From positions 1-38,879 of the forward strand of contig JAHIVO010000014.1 in assembly GCA_018816445.1 (NCBI GenBank): 38,879 bases of DNA, given 5' to 3'. The notes under the pieces were generated by a model. The model saw nothing but the letters and a program-made list of their open reading frames with translations, was not told the DNA's origin and searched no databases. A program made the position numbers and the translations under genes. This document shows positions 37,163-38,879 of this stretch, in pieces. The stretch's first letter is position 1. Each line of letters opens with the position of its first letter. The stretch is from Patescibacteria group bacterium (lineage in GTDB: Bacteria; Patescibacteriota; Patescibacteriia; UBA10025; JAHIVO01).

Positions 37163-38653
37163 ATGTCTAAAGTCTCAAAAAAGATGACTCGGATTTACTC
37201 TAGATTAGAGAAAATCCTGTTACCATTTAAGACACTGGTCATAATCGGCTCCTATTGGGGAGACGAAGGCAAAGGCAAGATCATTGATTTGGTGGCGCCG
37301 TTCTATGATGCTGTTGCCCGATTTAGCGGAGGAGCTGGCGCTGGGCATACCCTGATAACCGAGCTGTTAAGGAAATTCATCGGTCATTTAATCCCTTGCG
37401 GGGTGGCGCATAAAATTATGTGTTTCCTGGCCAGGGGAGAATTCTTTGACCTAGCCAGGTTCATTGCCGAGAAAGCGGATGCTTTCCGGGCTATGGACGG
37501 TAAACTACCGCCGATCAGGATTGACCGGCAATCGCCTTTGTGGACACCATGGCACCCGATTTACGAATCGTACATTGAGTACGTCATGGGCAAGAAGAAG
37601 GTTCGGACTACTGGAAAAGCAATCGGTATTTTATCTGGTTTTGCGAAATTGCGTATCAGTTTGCTGGTTGGTCATTTGTTCATGGATGAGAAGGACCTTC
37701 GGGCTTTATTGAGGATTTTGTATAAAGTCTGCAAGCCTAACTTTGATCAGATGATAGAGGAAGGCATTATCCGCAAGAGGGATGTACCTGGTCCGGACAA
37801 GGTAGCTAAGTATCTACTCAAGATGGCCCCTGAAATCAAGGATGATGTTATTGACACATCATGGGCACTTTCCAATCTGTGGAAAAGAGGTAAGCGTATT
37901 CTGTTAGAGGGTGCGCAAGCCATCGGTCTTGATCCGCAGTGGGGTACCTACCCTTATGTAACCTCAGGAAATTGTACTGCAGCTGGTGCTGCGCTTGGTA
38001 CTGGTCTGCCACCTGAAGCGACAACAAATATTATGGCAGTATTTAAAATTCTGCCTACACGTGTTGGAGCTGGTCCGTTTCCCTCAGAAGTGTGGGATCG
38101 TGACAAAGCAGAACGGTGGGCTGAAAAGCATCCGGAGCTGTTTGAAGAAGGCAGAACGCGTAACAGGTTCCTTGAGAAGAAGCTTGCTAAGATAAATGCT
38201 GGCACAGCAACTCCTGCCGAACTTTGTCAGTACTTCATGGTCTTGGGTGATGAGCGCGGTGCAACAACCGGCCGTGGACGCAGTATCGGTTTACCGGATC
38301 TGCAGTGGTTGCGTTATATGATCCGCATAAACAAGCCGAAGTTCCTGGCACTGACGCGTTTTGACATGCTCTCGGGCGTTCGGTCAATTCAGGTTGTCAC
38401 AGGCTACAAACTTGACGGCCGCAGACTAAAACCTGACGAAATGCCGGAACCTTGGAGACTTGGTGAAGTTGAGGTTATCACTCAGACATGGCGTTGCTGG
38501 TCAGAAGATATTTCCGGCTGTGATTCATTCGATGAATTGCCGGAAGGTGCACAAAGATTCATCAAGAGATTGGAAAAAGCTCTTGGTGTGCCGATCGTAC
38601 TGGTTGGTACTGGTGCAGAGCGTGATGCTGTTATTGTCCGTCCAACAGCCTAA
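37163..38653 (+). CDS. purA: Divergent adenylosuccinate synthetase
   Basis: WGDEGKGK, GAGHT, EGAQ, GTYPYVTS, TRVGAGPFP, GATTGR; SD AGGAGG at 37150-37155. Confidence 0.88.
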   Translation: MSKVSKKMTRIYSRLEKILLPFKTLVIIGSYWGDEGKGKIIDLVAPFYDAVARFSGGAGAGHTLITELLRKFIGHLIPCGVAHKIMCFLARGEFFDLARFIAEKADAFRAMDGKLPPIRIDRQSPLWTPWHPIYESYIEYVMGKKKVRTTGKAIGILSGFAKLRISLLVGHLFMDEKDLRALLRILYKVCKPNFDQMIEEGIIRKRDVPGPDKVAKYLLKMAPEIKDDVIDTSWALSNLWKRGKRILLEGAQAIGLDPQWGTYPYVTSGNCTAAGAALGTGLPPEATTNIMAVFKILPTRVGAGPFPSEVWDRDKAERWAEKHPELFEEGRTRNRFLEKKLAKINAGTATPAELCQYFMVLGDERGATTGRGRSIGLPDLQWLRYMIRINKPKFLALTRFDMLSGVRSIQVVTGYKLDGRRLKPDEMPEPWRLGEVEVITQTWRCWSEDISGCDSFDELPEGAQRFIKRLEKALGVPIVLVGTGAERDAVIVRPTA

Positions 38654-38666
38654 AGGGGTTATACAC

Positions 38667-38753
38667 ATGGCACGATCAGACAGGCTTGGTTCCCGCCAAA
38701 ATCCACCGCCGCTCTGGCGGGGGACTAGCAGTAGGGATAGCAAAAAATCTTGA
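38667..38753 (+). CDS. Possible 28-aa peptide after purA
   Basis: SD-like AAAGGGG before the ATG, lies before the terminator; contains a CCGCC-N5-GGCGG palindrome; may be non-coding. Confidence 0.3.
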   Translation: MARSDRLGSRQNPPPLWRGTSSRDSKKS

Positions 38754-38762
38754 ACATTTATC

Positions 38763-38796
38763 AAAGCCCTGCACTAAATGCGCAGGGCTTTTTCTT
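38763..38796 (+). terminator. Intrinsic terminator after purA
   Basis: AAAGCCCTGC..GCAGGGCTTT followed by TTCTT. Confidence 0.8.
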
Positions 38797-38822
38797 GTAA
38801 ATCCGGAGTTAACCAATGGATA

Positions 38823-38879
38823 TTGTTTTTTATATTGATTTTTGGTAAGGTAATATAATTTGCTATTGATCTTTGAAAA
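38823..38879 (+). promoter_or_regulatory. Promoter (TTGTTT-N17-TAAGGT, extended TG) plus boxA-like TGATCTTTGAAAA
   Basis: Same TGGTAAGGT as upstream of purA; boxA-like motif at 38867-38879; downstream gene lies outside the window. Confidence 0.45.

Noticed and set aside
37163-38653. PurZ (diaminopurine, Z-genome pathway)
   Set aside because: It keeps the PurA Asp in GDEGKG and the TTGR loop, whereas PurZ has Ser at that position; no datZ/mazZ or phage context is present.

Overview
Bacterial chromosomal segment, standard code 11, AT-rich. Gene content points to a Patescibacteria/CPR genome (inference: a stand-alone VirD4/HerA-like ATPase, several single-domain receivers, many starts without a Shine-Dalgarno (SD) site, large Cys-rich surface proteins). 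Housekeeping backbone: hsp20, dnaK, dnaJ, cysS, a membrane-anchored single-domain Clp-type AAA+, a CorA-family channel, dnaX, tRNA-Gln(CUG), truB, a DAG-kinase-family gene, a PPP phosphatase, and a purine interconversion cluster (guaB, deaminase, guaA, divergent purA). The most unusual signal is non-coding. A ~130-nt multi-hairpin repeat occurs twice in direct orientation around one small gene (2981-3144 and 3631-3763). It shows a compensatory base-pair change, complementary loops, and stem mismatches that become G-U/G-T pairs on the minus strand, which suggests a cassette. Truncated copies fused to heptamer arrays sit at 7725-7815 and 36984-37067. A second layer of short GC-rich palindromic micro-insertions, three with exact or near-exact 4-bp flanking duplications, sits inside these repeats and in-frame in the dnaK 3' end. 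No integrase, transposase, CRISPR array or rRNA is visible. All calls are by-eye motif recognition; no database searches were run.
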